A program made the translations under genes and the position numbers. Shown here in pieces: positions 24,524-37,730 of a stretch of DNA of 58,119 nucleotides. Under the pieces are notes generated by a model. The model made no database searches, was not told the DNA's origin, and saw only the letters and a list, made by a program, of their open reading frames with translations. This stretch comes from Chiloscyllium plagiosum (lineage: Eukaryota): contig NC_057749.1 of assembly GCF_004010195.1 (NCBI RefSeq), positions 15,858,549 through 15,916,667 of the forward strand, written 5' to 3'. How positions within the stretch are numbered: the stretch's first letter is position 1; each line of letters begins with the position of its first letter.

Positions 24524-27404
24524 GCTCCCCCATCTCCAGTCACCCTGCTTGCCAACCTATGAAGGAACCCTGCTTTGTCATTCCCTTCTCATCTTCCTAC
24601 ACTAATTTTTCTTTTTAAACTAAAGTTAAAAGTGCATTTTAAGGCTAGATTTGCAGCTTAATTTTAAGGAAAGGAATCAAAATGAGTGTGACAGTCTCCA
24701 TGAAGAGGGGACGAGTTTGGAGACTGATTTGCTACTAGGGGAATCCTTTTACTGTGGATCATCCAATAGACGTTCCTGTTTCTGCACATTGAAGATTGGA
24801 GCTGGGACGCCATTGGAATAATTAGTTTTATTCTACATTCATTGCATGGTTTCATAGAATTGGAAGGTCATCTGGTTAACTTAAGATGATTGTCAGGTCT
24901 TGCCTCCAAGTGGACAGTGTCTAAATTGATGATTATGTTTGCAGGTTAAGGGGTTTTGAGGAACTTACTTTTAACAGTGCATTTTGTATGAAAGGAAAAT
25001 GTCGCATTCTAGGCTCAGACAAAACCACACCTTCCATTTCCAGAGCAGTGTCCAAACTGTTCTCTACCCTCGAACTTCGGTCAGTTCAAAAGCAGGTGAT
25101 GAAAATGCGTGAGGTGGGGGGAGGGGGGGTGGTGGTGGCAGCAAATGCAAACAGGCAGTTCGTAGAGGAGAGCATTTGATGCAAGGAGTTGGTATGGCAA
25201 CTGAAACTGAGAGACAATGTTCAAGAGTAACACTGGGATTCAGATTGAGCTGGGTGGAGATTAAACGGGCCATTTCCTGGTATTGTGCAGTTCTTTCGTT
25301 ACAAAGTGTTAAATTATTTTTTCTATCCGTTGTCCAAAATTCCCTTAAAAGCGGGGACGGATCGTGTCCTGGGATGATCTATGCAGGGAATGCTTCCATG
25401 TGTGTGGAAGCCTGTCAGACATTCAGGCATCTTTGGTGTTTGCTGTGAGTTACAATGCAAATTGTAACAAGACACATGAGCAATAGATACTGATTTATAC
25501 TTAAAGAGACAGAATCCTTTTTTTGTAGCAGTCACCTCAAGCTGGACATCAAAGACTACACGAAATACAAATGCAGAGCTTGGACTAAAGATCAATCCAC
25601 TTAATTTATAGCTATAGCATTATTTTAAATTGTTTGAGTTGTGTAAAGAAATTGTGACTTTGGAACTGAGAAATTACTTTTAAGGGGGTTTTGTTTCAAG
25701 TGTTAAATACAGCCTATCAAAGCTTAAAAAAAAGGACCTGTCTCTTTAAGAAGGCAATATCTGATTTTAAATAGTATTTCTTAAAATTATCAATCTTTAA
25801 GCACACACACTTCAATGGGTAGATTCTGATCACACTGTTTGGGTGTGCTTTAGAAAGGCTAGTGATGATTCCTGAATGTGTGTGTGTGTGTATACGCTTC
25901 CCAACAGAAATCCTCAGTGTGAGATTATTGTCAAAAACATTTGAAGCTTGCTGGACTGAGCAGAACACATCACTGATGGAATGTATTGTGTGCTTTGCTA
26001 ACCAATAAACAAAGTGTATAAAACAGTGAGTTATATCATAGTGAGCTATGGTGCAGGGGATCACTGTTACAGTTACATTTCAGTGTAACACGTCTGGAGC
26101 TGCATTTCAGTGACGTCCCTGTTTAACCATTAATTCAAATCTTACCCATGGTTTTTCATGGGGCAATTCTGCTTCTTCTGCAAAATGAGAATGATGTCTT
26201 GATGTTGACAATGTTGCTTTGAGCCAAGTGTTAAGGTCTCACTGGACCTACCCCCCACTCCTGGCAGTGGTCATGATCCCAGTGACAGAGCGATCGATGG
26301 ACAATTAGACCACTGCATGATGTACGAGATCAGGGTATTGTGACCATACAGCTCCCCATTTTGAGTAGCGGGACGTAATGATGACGGCGGGGGGGTAAAG
26401 TTGGATATTGCCTTTTTAACAAACCAAAGCAAGTGCGAGGAGCCTCCATTGTGCTTAAATATCAGGTGTGGTTGCCTTAGACATTAGGATGAATGTAGCT
26501 AATTAATGCACTACAGCTGCAGCAATGCAGAGCTGGGACTGGCTGTGTTGTTTTTGTGTTGCCAATTTACTGCGCTCTGTTCATGGGCATGTTACGGGGC
26601 AGTGTGATCCCCCCCCATCGAGGTTGACTGTCCATTTCAAGGAAGTTTTTTTTTTGTTGAGTAATTTCTTTAAATTCCCACAAGAGGTTCAAACTGACAG
26701 TGGAGGGGACCAAACCTATAATAAACTCTAACTTAAGGGAAGAGACATACTGTGATAAAATTGTGCAGTTTAGGGGAGAGACTCCCTGGCAGTAGGTTGA
26801 ACAAGTCTTTGGTTTTGTTATTGTTTTCAGTAGATTCATGTAGCTATGTAGGTGTTCATTTTTCCAAGCACATCCTTACGGCTGCTTTCAGTCAATCACA
26901 ATTTTAACCAGAGCCATTGACATTTTGTTTTTCCTATTGCTTCTCACCTATTACCAGTTCTAAGTTCCATCAGGTGATGGCTAATTCTACCCAGCACTGA
27001 GTCCCTTGAACAGTAGATTAGTCAGTAATTACACTGCAGACTGAATCCCCTCTGGATACATCTGTTGTCAAAGTGATAGATGCGCAACATAATAGAGGCT
27101 GTTTTCCTTAAGCACCATCACTCGAAGCTAGCTGACAATGAGCAGCTCCCAAACAACTGAAGTAACAACAGACAACCAAGTTACTCAGTCACACTGCAGG
27201 AGCCAGATCGTCCAATTAGTCTGGCAAAATATTTTTGGGGAGCATGGGGGCTTTTTTACCCTGTGTGAACATGCTTGTGTGTGTGTGTGTGTGTTTTCCC
27301 TTCAGTGTCAAAGCTAATAAAGTCAAATGCCCATTTCTCAAATAAAAAGAATACTGTGGAAAAGCCAAACTGAAAAAGAAAGAGACAAGCAAAAGGGTAG
27401 GATT

Positions 27405-27680
27405 GAAAACAGTAACAGAAGGTGCTGGAGAAACTCAGTGGGCCTGGCAGCATCTGTGGAGAGAAAGAGTTAATGTTTCCAGTCCAATATGATTTCTTCA
27501 GAACTAAGTTCCTTGCACTCTGTGTGAGTTGGTGACACAGTCCATTAATTATATCTGAGACTAACTCACTGCCGGATACATCTGAAGAGTTGTATCAGAC
27601 CCAAAATATTACCTCTGTATCTGCCTTCACATTCTGTTTTCATTTTGGATCTCTGGCATCCACAGTACTTGGCTTTTATT
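27405..27680. mobile_element. Penelope-terminal inverted fragment inside the putative 3' UTR
   Basis: tgctggagaaactcag...ctggcagcatctgtggagagaaagagttaatgtttc...cttcagaact, the same motif as at 21890-22055, 34015-34240, 39665-39775 and 45400-45520. Confidence 0.55.
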
Positions 27681-27828
27681 ATGGGATTGTGATGAACTCC
27701 AGTGCCTGTTTGTAACTGGAGCACAGGAATTGAGGCAATGTGTTGGTTGTGTTAAGCACAATTTCTCAACGCACATGATTTCGCCTTGTGTATAGCGGAG
27801 GGAGATGTCGAGGACCCAGGTCATTCCC

Positions 27829-27854
27829 TGTGTGTGTGTGTGTGTGTGTGTGTG
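27829..27854. repeat. (GT)n microsatellite (others at ~8679-8708, 25877-25891, 27276-27293)
   Basis: Directly visible. Confidence 0.9.
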
Positions 27855-30800
27855 TTGGAAGCGGGTTGGTTTGTACGTATAACGTGGGTTTGTATATATT
27901 TAATGTATGTGCATCTAGGCAGCTCAGTAGGATGATAATGGAATGTCCCTAGCATCCTATCTCAAGGCACATACATTTGCACTTGGGAGGGTCTTTAAGA
28001 CAGTGTGCAAACATCTGTAGTTTAGCCTGTGTTGGGTGAGTGTATAATGTAACACATTAAAAAGTGAAGATGTATTGTACTGGATCTGTCCAAAACCAGA
28101 TCAGTGTTTGAGAGTGAAGTCCACAGATTGAACAGATTGGTTTGTGCTGTTGTTTGCCATCCATTCTTTTTTTTCAAACTGTTAGTGCCGTCCAAAATTG
28201 AATGAGAATTTAGTTTAGCCGAAGAAGTATGCAAAGTCTGTTTTGATCTGATATTGTTTTTTTCTCTTCTCTCGTAAGCATGTTAAGCAAGTTGTACTGT
28301 TAAGAGGCATGTGATAGTAAGCATGGAGAGGAAAGCATTTGAAAATGTGCATTTGATGCCAGTGAGTTGGCATTTCTCCAGTCGACAGCTTTTTCACTTC
28401 AGAGAACAGCACTGACACTGAAATAGACAAAGGATTGTGGACTAGACTTTCCACAGTGACTGTAGCACCAGGAATACGGACTGCTTTCTCTAATATCCAT
28501 AATCTCCTAATCCATAGGAGAGCAACAATTCCTTCGTGCACTACTTCCCTCCAGATTACCCACCACCTTGTTCTGGAATCCTTAAATCCTCCCCTCACCC
28601 CCAAGACATGTAGGACTTCACCATCTTGTGTGAACATGGGGAAAGTGCAGAACATAAAAAGATACTAAAGGGAATATTGTTAGTGTTGGCTCATTTATAA
28701 ATTGTGAGAAACATAAAGGATTTTTTTTCTTCTTTTAATATGTTTACTTTGTTATTTTAAGATCCTGTCCTCAAAAGGACTGGACCAGCACTTTTTATTG
28801 TGACAGTGTTATAATCCTATTTCTTTGGTCCAAAATCTTACGTATGTTTGACCGTGACATTCTGCAACACCAATTATTCATCATTAGATTATAGGAGACA
28901 TAACTGAGGTCCAGAGGGAGATCAGTACTCGTGAAGCGTAATTTATAATTTATTTGTCTTGTAGATTATATCAGTGTTTTATATAGATTTATAGTTTGTT
29001 AATTTATAAGCACAACTCTAACCAGTATTGTAGCTGTAAGATGACATGTTTACATAGAGTTCATTTGCACTCCATTTATATAGAGGCTGTGCCTTTTCAT
29101 ATGGGCCCATTTGCATTTATATTTTGATTTCTGAAGTCAGAAAGACAATGGAACAAAGTTTCTTCATTTTTATTGCAAATTCATTTTCAGTTTAAAGAAA
29201 GTTGCTGAACTTATTTCTAGTTGAGCATGAGATTTTTCCGGAACTTATCTTTCTGATGAAGCCTCATTTTCCATCCCTCCAATTCCAGGAGATTATTGAC
29301 ACAAATCCTGAAAACTCGTGATTTGGTTGTGATACATTTGATTCTTCCATTGTTTTCATTCTCACTGATGGAGGAAAGGCCGCTAGGTTTATCACTTTCA
29401 CTCCCCTCTCAGCCCCTCCACCTTCTCTATCAGCGACTCTTCACCCATTCCCTGTCGTCTTGCAGCCCATCTACGCACACTCCCAGCATCGAGTTGATCC
29501 ACCTGTAAATCTCCATATTCTGTTTGTCAAGGAACAAAGTTCTCCCACAATATTCTTTCCAATTCTGCATCAACTTATTCCATCCCAACCCATAGTTACC
29601 AGATGTTCCCAGAACCTATCCATAGAGAACATCTGTGTACTGGGACCAGCTCAGCCTAAATCGAGTCTTCTAATGTCCAAACTGTTGTCAACCAGATGTC
29701 AACCTCACTCTTTAATAAGTCCTTAGCACTCTGGGACTAAGAGTTCTGCAGTGTTTCCATTTCCAATCTTCAAAAGTCTGTCAATCAACTTGCCTTTCTT
29801 CATGTCTTTGTGGCTATCTTCTTCATCTTTTGTTTCCTCATCTTTGTTATGGGGTGCCAGTGAAGGTACATATTGACTCCATTCAGTTACATGTTATTTC
29901 AAGCCCTTCCCCAGAGGGAAGTGATTGTTTTTATCTGATTCCTGTACGACGTTCAGTTCTGACAACCCAGTCGTCGCCACATCAACTCGCAATTGTTGAG
30001 AAAATTCCACTTAATATTTCAGGGGGCTGGTGGAGAGGATATTTCATAATCGCTTCTTCATTTCTGTAGGTAAAGAGCTTAATTTGATGAGATTCAAGGA
30101 GGAGGTAACAAACAGGAGGATCAGGGAAGTGGGCAAATTGGGATCAGGAGAGAGTTGGGGAGTGGAGGTTGAAGAGAGAGAGTTGTAAGTGTTGGCAAGC
30201 CTGAAAGGTGGTCAAGATGTTCAATGCAGAACGATAGAACAAGAAAAGCTTAATTGGACAACTTTTCAAAGAACTAGCACAAGTGTGAATGGCCTTGTGT
30301 TGCTGTATCATTCTGTAATTGGATAACTAATCGCAAAATCTCTTGAAAGCTGTTCTCAAACTTCCAGCCATTAGCTGGACAGATAAACCAAAGCTGAGAT
30401 ATTGGACTAGTATCTTTGTAGAACAGCTGCTTCTTCAGAGACATTTTCAGAATTTGGTTTTTGGCCTTTTTTTTAGACAAAAACAATAAACAATTTGAAG
30501 AGATCCAGAAATAATTCTGAGATAGACAGTGGCCACTTCAGAAGGTGCAGTGATTTCGATCAGATAATGCTGTCTCAATCTTCCGGAGTATGGGAATTTT
30601 ATCTCTTCCTCCCATTGGACCAAACGTAAAAAGGAAACAGGAGAAGGGCATGGGACTAGGAGTTAGAGTGGGGTAGGCACTAATACACAGACCCAATGTC
30701 TCTGACTGCACTCCCTCTTCACCATTCTTAATCTTTTATCATCCTTTTTATTTCAGAAACTAGAAGCCCTTTAAGTTTTACTGTGTTAGCTTAATGGTAT

Positions 30801-32731
30801 GACCTTAACCCATTCACCCCAGCCTAGTGAACAAATATAATGCTGCAGTATCCCAATCAATCACCCAAAGAATTCTGTCGCACTCTGGACTTTGCCAAGT
30901 CTGCCTGAATGCTGAAGGCCAGTATTATTGAATAGACCAGCAACAGTGAGGAGAGCCCTCCACTGATCTTCAAAAGATGTTTCCCCCCACCCCACCCCGA
31001 ATATTTGCTAGATTTCCCGAGCCCCTGACGTTGGGCATCGTGTATGATGTACAAACTTCAACTTTCTGTTCGATTGTGTAGATAGTGAGCTGAACTGGTG
31101 CTGCCTGCTGGTACATTCACAAAGATTTCACACTGTTTACACAGCAATAAAGTTAATGAGCATTACTCAAGGGAATTAAGAAGCAGGTTTTTGTGAATCT
31201 TGTCAAACGCACCATAGAGTATCCTTGCCCTGGCATTAGGACAAACCTCTTGCTTGCTGCCATCTTATTAGGGTGGTCCTACTCCATTAATCTATTCCAG
31301 TGGCAGACAATGACCTTAAATTGGGCTTGGTCTGCTTTCGTCTTTTTAAAATCTTGTTCCTCTTCATTAACCATCTCAAAATCTTGTATGTTGCTGACTC
31401 CAACACGAGCAGCCTATCCTTCCTTCCCTCAGAAAGTAAGAGTGACTTTTATTTAACTTTTTGACTGTGTATTCTAACAGTATTAACCAAAAGGAATCCA
31501 AATATTCATCATTTATTAATATGTGCCCTTATCCTAGTTCCTACAATGCTCATTAAAATCAGAATTGTTTTTTTTTTGGGGGGGGTGAGAAGGGAGAACG
31601 GTAGTCAAAATTAATGTTGACCATTACTTGCTGCTTGTGCGACTGAATTATTTGCAAAAGAAAACATAAATTTTTTTTAGGACCAGGGTCCAGCTGTTTA
31701 TAAACTACTGATTCCTTATTGAAGTCTTGCCTGACTAGTTTCTGCTTGCAGTAAGCTAGTCACCACACTTGAATTTAAAAAGTCAATCCCTTTGTGTCTC
31801 CAACCATGTCATTAATCTTCCAATTTCAAAGGCTAATGATGCACTATTTCTTTAGAGATGAGATGGATGCCACAGCGAACATTTCTGAAAGCACCGAACA
31901 CATGTCAACTGGGTCTTCCCAGTGTGTTTTCAAACTTATATATATGTGAAAAAGCTATTTGATTTAATTTCAATATTTTAAAAAATTTCCATTGAGCCCT
32001 TTCATTTTAGCACAGACAGGTGTCAAAACCGAACGTACTGAAAAAATGAACAAAACAGATGTATATGTGAGTTTAGAAACTGGCACAGGGTTTATTGTGA
32101 GCTAAAGAATATTGACCTCTCGCCATTTGTGTTTACTGTCTCTTAACTGTCTCTTAACTGTCAATAAATCAGCCCCTGTTATCCCGTGGGAGCTACAATA
32201 AGCTAAATTCAGTGCATTTCCACTTTAATGTTTCAGTTGGAAGTTCAATGGGAGAGTTCAGGGTTTTTAAATTTGGGGAGGGGGGGTAGAGAGAATTGTA
32301 TTTCTGCAAAAATTTTAAAAAAAATGCCGGTCAAACTCTTGAGAGTTAATACAATGATAATACATTCAGGACACACCCCTGTTTAGAATAGGACATTGGG
32401 AATTTAATTCAAACTTTTTAAGGAAAAGAGACCTCTTGCTTGTTTTTTGCATGTGACATTTATCCCTACGTTATATTCCTGTATGTAATAGTTTAAGAAA
32501 AAAAATTTGAAAAAAATATAAAAAGCAACTTGTCTTAACTGTAATCAGATGGACTTGTAAAAACATCTTGAAGCTTTCCTCCTTTCAGTTTCATGGTGTA
32601 AGAACAATTCTGTAGTGACCATTTCTCTGCGCAATATTAATATTTAGTTCAGAATTTGTGTGCAATATTCTGTATCTCTTAATCGCGAACTACTGAAATT
32701 TATTGTAAAAGGGAACAGTCTGATTATCGCC

Positions 32732-32790
32732 AATAAAAAAAAGTACATCTATTAAAACCTTGTTGTGAGGCTGTTTCGGTGTTTCTTCAG
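32732..32790 (+). terminator. Candidate distal polyadenylation signal
   Basis: AATAAA (32732-32737) and ATTAAA (32751-32756), followed by a GU-rich downstream element (ttgttgtgaggctgtttcggtgtttcttc). Confidence 0.6.
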
Positions 32791-32802
32791 TAGCTTCAGT
32801 CC

Positions 32803-33107
32803 TTAGATTAGATTAGATTAGATTACTTAGTGTGGAAACAGGCCCTTCGGCCCAACAAGTCCACACCGCCCCGCCGAAGCGCAACCCACCCATACCCCTA
32901 CATTTACACCTTACCTAACACTACGGGGAATTTAGCATGGCCAATTCACCTGACCTTTGGACTGTGGTAGGAAACCGGAGCACCCGGAGGAAACCCACGC
33001 AGGCACGGGGAGAATGTGCAAACTCCACACAGTCAGTTGCCTGAGGCGGGAATTGACCCCGGGTCTCTGGCGCTGTGAGGCAGCAGTGCTAACCACTGTG
33101 CCGCCCA
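32803..33107 (-). mobile_element. HE1/V-SINE-type SINE, well preserved, with (TCTAA)n tail
   Basis: Head ggcggcacagtggttagcactgctgcctcacagcgccagagacccgg, V-domain, and tail reading ttagattagattagattagatt on the + strand. Confidence 0.85.
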
Positions 33108-33194
33108 TAACAGATGTGACAGATGGGTTTCAATCTCGCCTCCCACCCTGCCTTTGATTTCTCTCTATGATGTGGAAGTGCCAGTGATGGGCTG

Positions 33195-33610
33195 GGGTGG
33201 GTAAAGTCAGAACCTTCCCCTGCCACTGCAAGAATTGCAAAGCTTGCACCCACACCTCCCACCAAACCCCCCAACTCCTCACCACCGTCCAAGGCCCCAA
33301 AGGAGCCTTCCACATCCATCAAAGTTTCACCTGCACTTCCACACATGTCATTTATTGTATCCATTGCTCCCGATACGGTGCCCTCTACATCAGGGAGACC
33401 GGACACCTACTCGCAGAGCACTTAAGAGAACATCTCCAGGACACCCGTGCCAACCAACCCCCACCACTCCATGGCTGATCACTTCAACCCCCCTCTCACT
33501 CTGCCGAGGACATGCCACTCCCTAACCACCCAATGCCTGGAGGAAGAACATCTCATCTTCCACCTCAGGACCCTCCAACCCCATGGCATCAGTGTGGATT
33601 TTGCCAGTTT
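33195..33610 (+). mobile_element. Penelope-like element, GIY-YIG endonuclease remnant
   Basis: FPCHCKNCKAC...HQSFTCTSTHVIYCIHCSRYGALYIRETG...LREH (VIY...YIG-like motif with Cys cluster), degraded. Confidence 0.8.
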
Positions 33611-33665
33611 CACCAGGGCTTTGTATAATGGCAGCATAATCTCTGCCTCCATCTAGATATAAAGA

Positions 33666-33828
33666 CTACATCTCATTAAGTTTCTTGATTATTTTCTGCT
33701 TCTGTTCATCAGCTGGAATAACACTAAGATTTTTAGTCTTACTTGGGATTGGATTAGGAATTCTGGAACTGCAGTTTCCCGTGACAGTTGAGCCAGTGTG
33801 TAACAGAGTGCGTCACACTGTAACTGAA
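33666..33828 (-). pseudogene. Possible terminal relic exon
   Basis: Acceptor ctctcttgctttttggAG. Ends ...SRIPNPIPSKTKNLSVIPADEQKQKIIKKLNEM* (TAG at 33668-33666). Confidence 0.35.
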
Positions 33829-33999
33829 CTCCAAAAAGCAAGAGAGATCTCAGCTCCTCATTTCTCAGGAACTGCTGTGCTCTTCCAGCACCACTAATCC
33901 AGAATCCTCATTTCTCAGTCCTGCCCATGGTGTGGATGAGATGGGGAGACAGGAAGCTCCATTGCACAAACAGCTGCCAATGTTCACTGTCTGAGCTCT

Positions 34000-35142
34000 G
34001 ACAAGAACAAACAAAGAGGAAATGCTGGAGAAACTCAGCAGATCTGGCTGCATCTGTGGAGAGAGAGAATCAAGAGTTAACATTTCGACTCCTGGTGTGA
34101 CTCCTCTTCAGAACTTGAATTGGTACCTCAGGACTAGTTAATTCTATTGCTCTCTCCGCTGATGCTGCTAGACCTGCTGAATTTCTCCAGCACTTTGTAT
34201 GCCTTTGATTCAGATCACCAGCATCTGCAGTATTTTGCTGGTACTGGGATGTGAATGACTTCTGTCTGGACACCGCACAACAGTCAACAGACAGGAGTGT
34301 TCCCTCCCAGTCGGAGAGTACTTCAGCGGTCTGGGACATTCGACCTCGGACCTTTAGATGACCATCCTCAAGGTGGACTTCGGGACAGCCAAAAGCAAAA
34401 GTGGCCGAGCAGAGGCTGGTAGCCAAGTTCAGTACCAATGGGGACGGCCTCAACTGGGACCTTGGGTTCACGCACACTACAGGTGACCCCACTATATATA
34501 CACATACAGACACACTCCTGCCGATCCTCTCATACACAAGCTCTCTCATATGTTCAGACATACCTCCCATACTCTCACACACATATCTTCTCACATATTT
34601 CTACCCCCTTACACTCAAACTCACACACGTAATGCACACTCTCACAGACACTCATAACCCCTCATACATGCACGCAGATACATAAGTTTGTGGGGTGAAT
34701 TTGTACTTGCAGAATTACATTTTATTTTGCTCATAAACTGCACGAATCTATGTTAAGATTCTGTAAATCCGTTTTTTTAGATTAGAATCAGTCTGAACAT
34801 TGGGGCACAGACAGCCTCACACAGGGCCTCTCACACCTTCAATGCATTATCTGGGCCGACATCGCACCTATTGTTAAAGTTCACTTGAGAATGTAACTTT
34901 AAAAAAGTTTTGCAATTTACATATGAAAGGACTGAAACCAACATGGACATTCTAAAAGATGAGACACTTAATAAACAATCCGGGTCTTTTTCAATACATC
35001 ATTTCAGTTACATCACACCTTAAACTTTTGCTATAAGTTCTGTGTCTTACAATCTTATACTCCACAAGGAGCAGTGCTCAGAAAGCTAGTGCTTCCAAAT
35101 AAACCTGTTAGACTATAACCTGGTGTTGTGGGATTTTTGACT
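34000..35142 (+). mobile_element. Penelope-like 3' remnant(s)
   Basis: AEQRLVAKFSTNGDGLNWDLGF-type C-terminus, CA-rich UTR, and terminal aaggagcagtgctcagaaagctagtgcttccaaataaacctgtt motif. Confidence 0.65.
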
Positions 35143-35852
35143 TCTGTCAGGTTCCAGTGCTCGATGGAGATGAAGGGGTTAAAATGGGTTTGTGGGGAAG
35201 GAGTTGGGGGAGGAAAGAGAACAGATCTGGACAAGTTCCCACACTCTGCAGAGAAACCGGAGAAGATCCGGTCATCCCGTTTGCCGTATTAGAGAAATAC
35301 TGTCGTCTTTTGTGGTGCATCAGATGAGGCTTATTATTCCATCTCCACTCTGTACAAACAGCTTAATGTTATAACAGGAAAGGAGACAAACATCCCCAAA
35401 ATGTTTGCTCAGTCACAGGCTCTGACTGCACTTCCAACAAACTAATATTCATTCCAGATGACAATGGTATAATCTCCCTCAGTGAAGAGTGGGGGAGGGG
35501 GGGATGTTGGGGAGGTGTGTGTCTGGCTGTTGGCTGGCCAGGAGAAAGTTTTCTGAGGAGCTTCAGTTGGAGACAGTGCTGGCCATCACTGAATGGTCTA
35601 CCAATTACATCATGCGATGACTCATAGAGATTTTTTTAAACACACGCGGAGAGGGGACAGGATTGTCATTCATTCCCAACAATAGGCCTGCTGAAGAAAA
35701 CAGGCATTGTGCTGCAGTGAGGGAGCTAACTTAGTGAAAGGAAGGAGGCTCTGTCTGAGGGCACAGAACGAACGATGCTAACAATCTCCCTCAGTCGAGC
35801 AGAACAGATTACTTCAGTCTGGAAGAATGGTTGGCGCTGGGGGTGGTGCCAC

Positions 35853-35979
35853 CCATTCACATTCTAATGAAGGGCCAATGAATTGCTACGGGAGAGCTCC
35901 GATCAGGCACAAGGGCTGTAAGAGGCTGCAGTTCCAATAACAAGTTTATTGCGGGAGTTATACACTGATGCACCAGCTC
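35853..35979 (-). pseudogene. Possible relic exon (~127 nt)
   Basis: Acceptor ttgctctcctctAG. Reads ELVHQCITPAINLLLELQPLTALVPDRSSPVAIHWPFIRM*. Confidence 0.35.
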
Positions 35980-36334
35980 CTAGAGGAGAGCAATCCTCAT
36001 GAAAACTCCCAGTCCCATGTCAAAGGCAGCAACATCTTGGAGCCACAGTCTCGGCGGACAATGGTGATGGGGCCCACTTGTTTGTTCTCTCTCAAGGGAA
36101 AGGTCAGAGTTCACAAACATGGCTGTCTGTCATTCATACATCGTCCCCCTCATGCTCCATTCCACTCCCCATGATGGAGAACAGAAGTAGCTGGGAGTGT
36201 TTACACACGCAGGAGTGAGCTATGTAACAGGGTACGGGGTTGTGAGTCATTGGTTTGGGGTCTATTCTTCCCAAAATTCTGCACCACTGGGGCCTTTCCT
36301 CACCTCTTGTTGCAGTCTATTGTTCAGACAGAAT

Positions 36335-36548
36335 TATAGAGTTCCCACAGTGCAGAAAGAGTCATTCGGCCCATCAGGTTTGTACTAACCCTCTGAAGAA
36401 CATCCCACTCATATCCACCCCTCCACCCCTTCCCCCCTCTATCCCTGTAACCCTGAGTTTCCCATGGCTAACCCACCTAAGCTGCATATCTTTGGACTGT
36501 GGGAGGAAACCCATGTAGACACAGGGAGAATGTGCAAACTCCACACAG
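36335..36548 (-). mobile_element. HE1/V-SINE 3' fragment
   Basis: ctttggactgtgggaggaaaccc...gggagaatgtgcaaactccacacag, shared with the other copies. Confidence 0.7.
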
Positions 36549-36601
36549 AATGTTGCTTGGCATTATTGAAGAGTTCCCATTATCAAGGATCACACAATTA
36601 C

Positions 36602-36734
36602 CAGGATAACGTGAGGTGTATTTGATAGACCTTCCCTTATCCAGCGGCTTCTATTCAACAAAGTGTTTCAGCATCAATGTTGATGGAGCTCATGATCTCT
36701 GCCCATTGGTTGCCATCATTAAGAATCCCAGACT
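36602..36734 (-). pseudogene. Possible relic exon (133 nt)
   Basis: Acceptor gttacattaAG, donor CTG|GTAATT. Blocks SGILNDGNQWAEIMSSINIDAET and LLNRSRWIREGLSNTPHVIL lie in different frames. Confidence 0.35.
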
Positions 36735-37613
36735 CTTAATGTAACAATTATTTCCCTCCCCCTTGTCTATTGAAAGGACTCTCTCCACCTTTACTCAAAG
36801 ACATATTGACCCCAGCTATCTTAGCAAGCACCATAGGATAGTCACCAGAGAGAGGAATCTAGTAGATCCAAGCCAATCAGAAACAAAGCATCTCATTGCT
36901 GACCTGACACTTAACTCCATTTGCCCACATTTATTCTGTGTCCCTGACATTTCAACCCAATAAAACCCTGAAACAATCTCAGTCTTGAACACCACAACTG
37001 AATTCTGCAGCATCTATATTCCTTTTCGAGGTGAAGGTTCCAGATTTCCCAGACCCCTTTGTGAGAAAAAATGTTTCCTGATCCAGGGCAACGGTGAAGT
37101 CACTACAGTCCTACCAGCTGATAGGGCTGTTCTCTCATTACAGAGAAATACAACTGATGGTGGTCACTGCCCCTCAGGTAAGGGGAATCCTCCATTGTAA
37201 CCTCAGCCACTGTGGGAATTGAACTGATACTCTTCATATCACTCTGCGTTGCAAACCAGCTGTCCAGCCAGCTGGGGTAACTGACCCCTGAGGGAAGGAG
37301 GTTTAAAGACTAATGGCACTAATGGGTCAGATTCAGTGAAGGCTGCAGTAGAGAAATCAGTCTGTGCAGAGATTTCAGAAAATCTGTCCTTGTGTGGGGG
37401 GGTGGAGAGAGGACTGAGATTAGATTTAAAAGAGAGAGCTTCCGATTTTTAACTCTTTTATTGCTGTCTTCCTCCTTGCAATTCTCAAAATACAATTGTT
37501 ACTCACTCTGGGAGTCAGATCCCCATTCTCATTAGTCTCTGGGCAAAGCAGTGTCTCCTGAATTTCCCATTGGATTTTTTGGGGGTAATTTTTATTGTGT
37601 AGTTATCTTCCAC

Positions 37614-37730
37614 TTGTTAGATTTCACTGAAGAGGTCCTCCAGTTTGAAGAATTGCTGGAAGTTCATTCACAAGTTCTGTTTGTTGTCGTTAATGGAATC
37701 TTATTTCAAATAGATCCTGGAGACTGTTTG
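37614..37730 (-). pseudogene. Relic exon M (117 nt)
   Basis: Acceptor gtttccctatAG, phase 0 after exon L: QTVSRIYLK*DSINDNKQNL*MNFQQFFKLEDLFSEI*Q. Weak donor. Confidence 0.45.

Larger units (their letters stand above)
24524..32760 (+). other. MAP1A: Probable long MAP1A 3' UTR (up to ~8.2 kb, several candidate poly(A) signals)
   Basis: AU/GU-rich, strongly transposon-depleted stretch after the stop. AATAAA at 26004, 27316, 27341, 31146, 32163 and 32732. Dense repeats resume right after ~32800. Confidence 0.55.

Noticed and set aside
32950..33107. tRNA-like A/B-box sequences
   Set aside because: These are SINE heads, not tRNA genes: no complete cloverleaf, and they are attached to a V-domain body.
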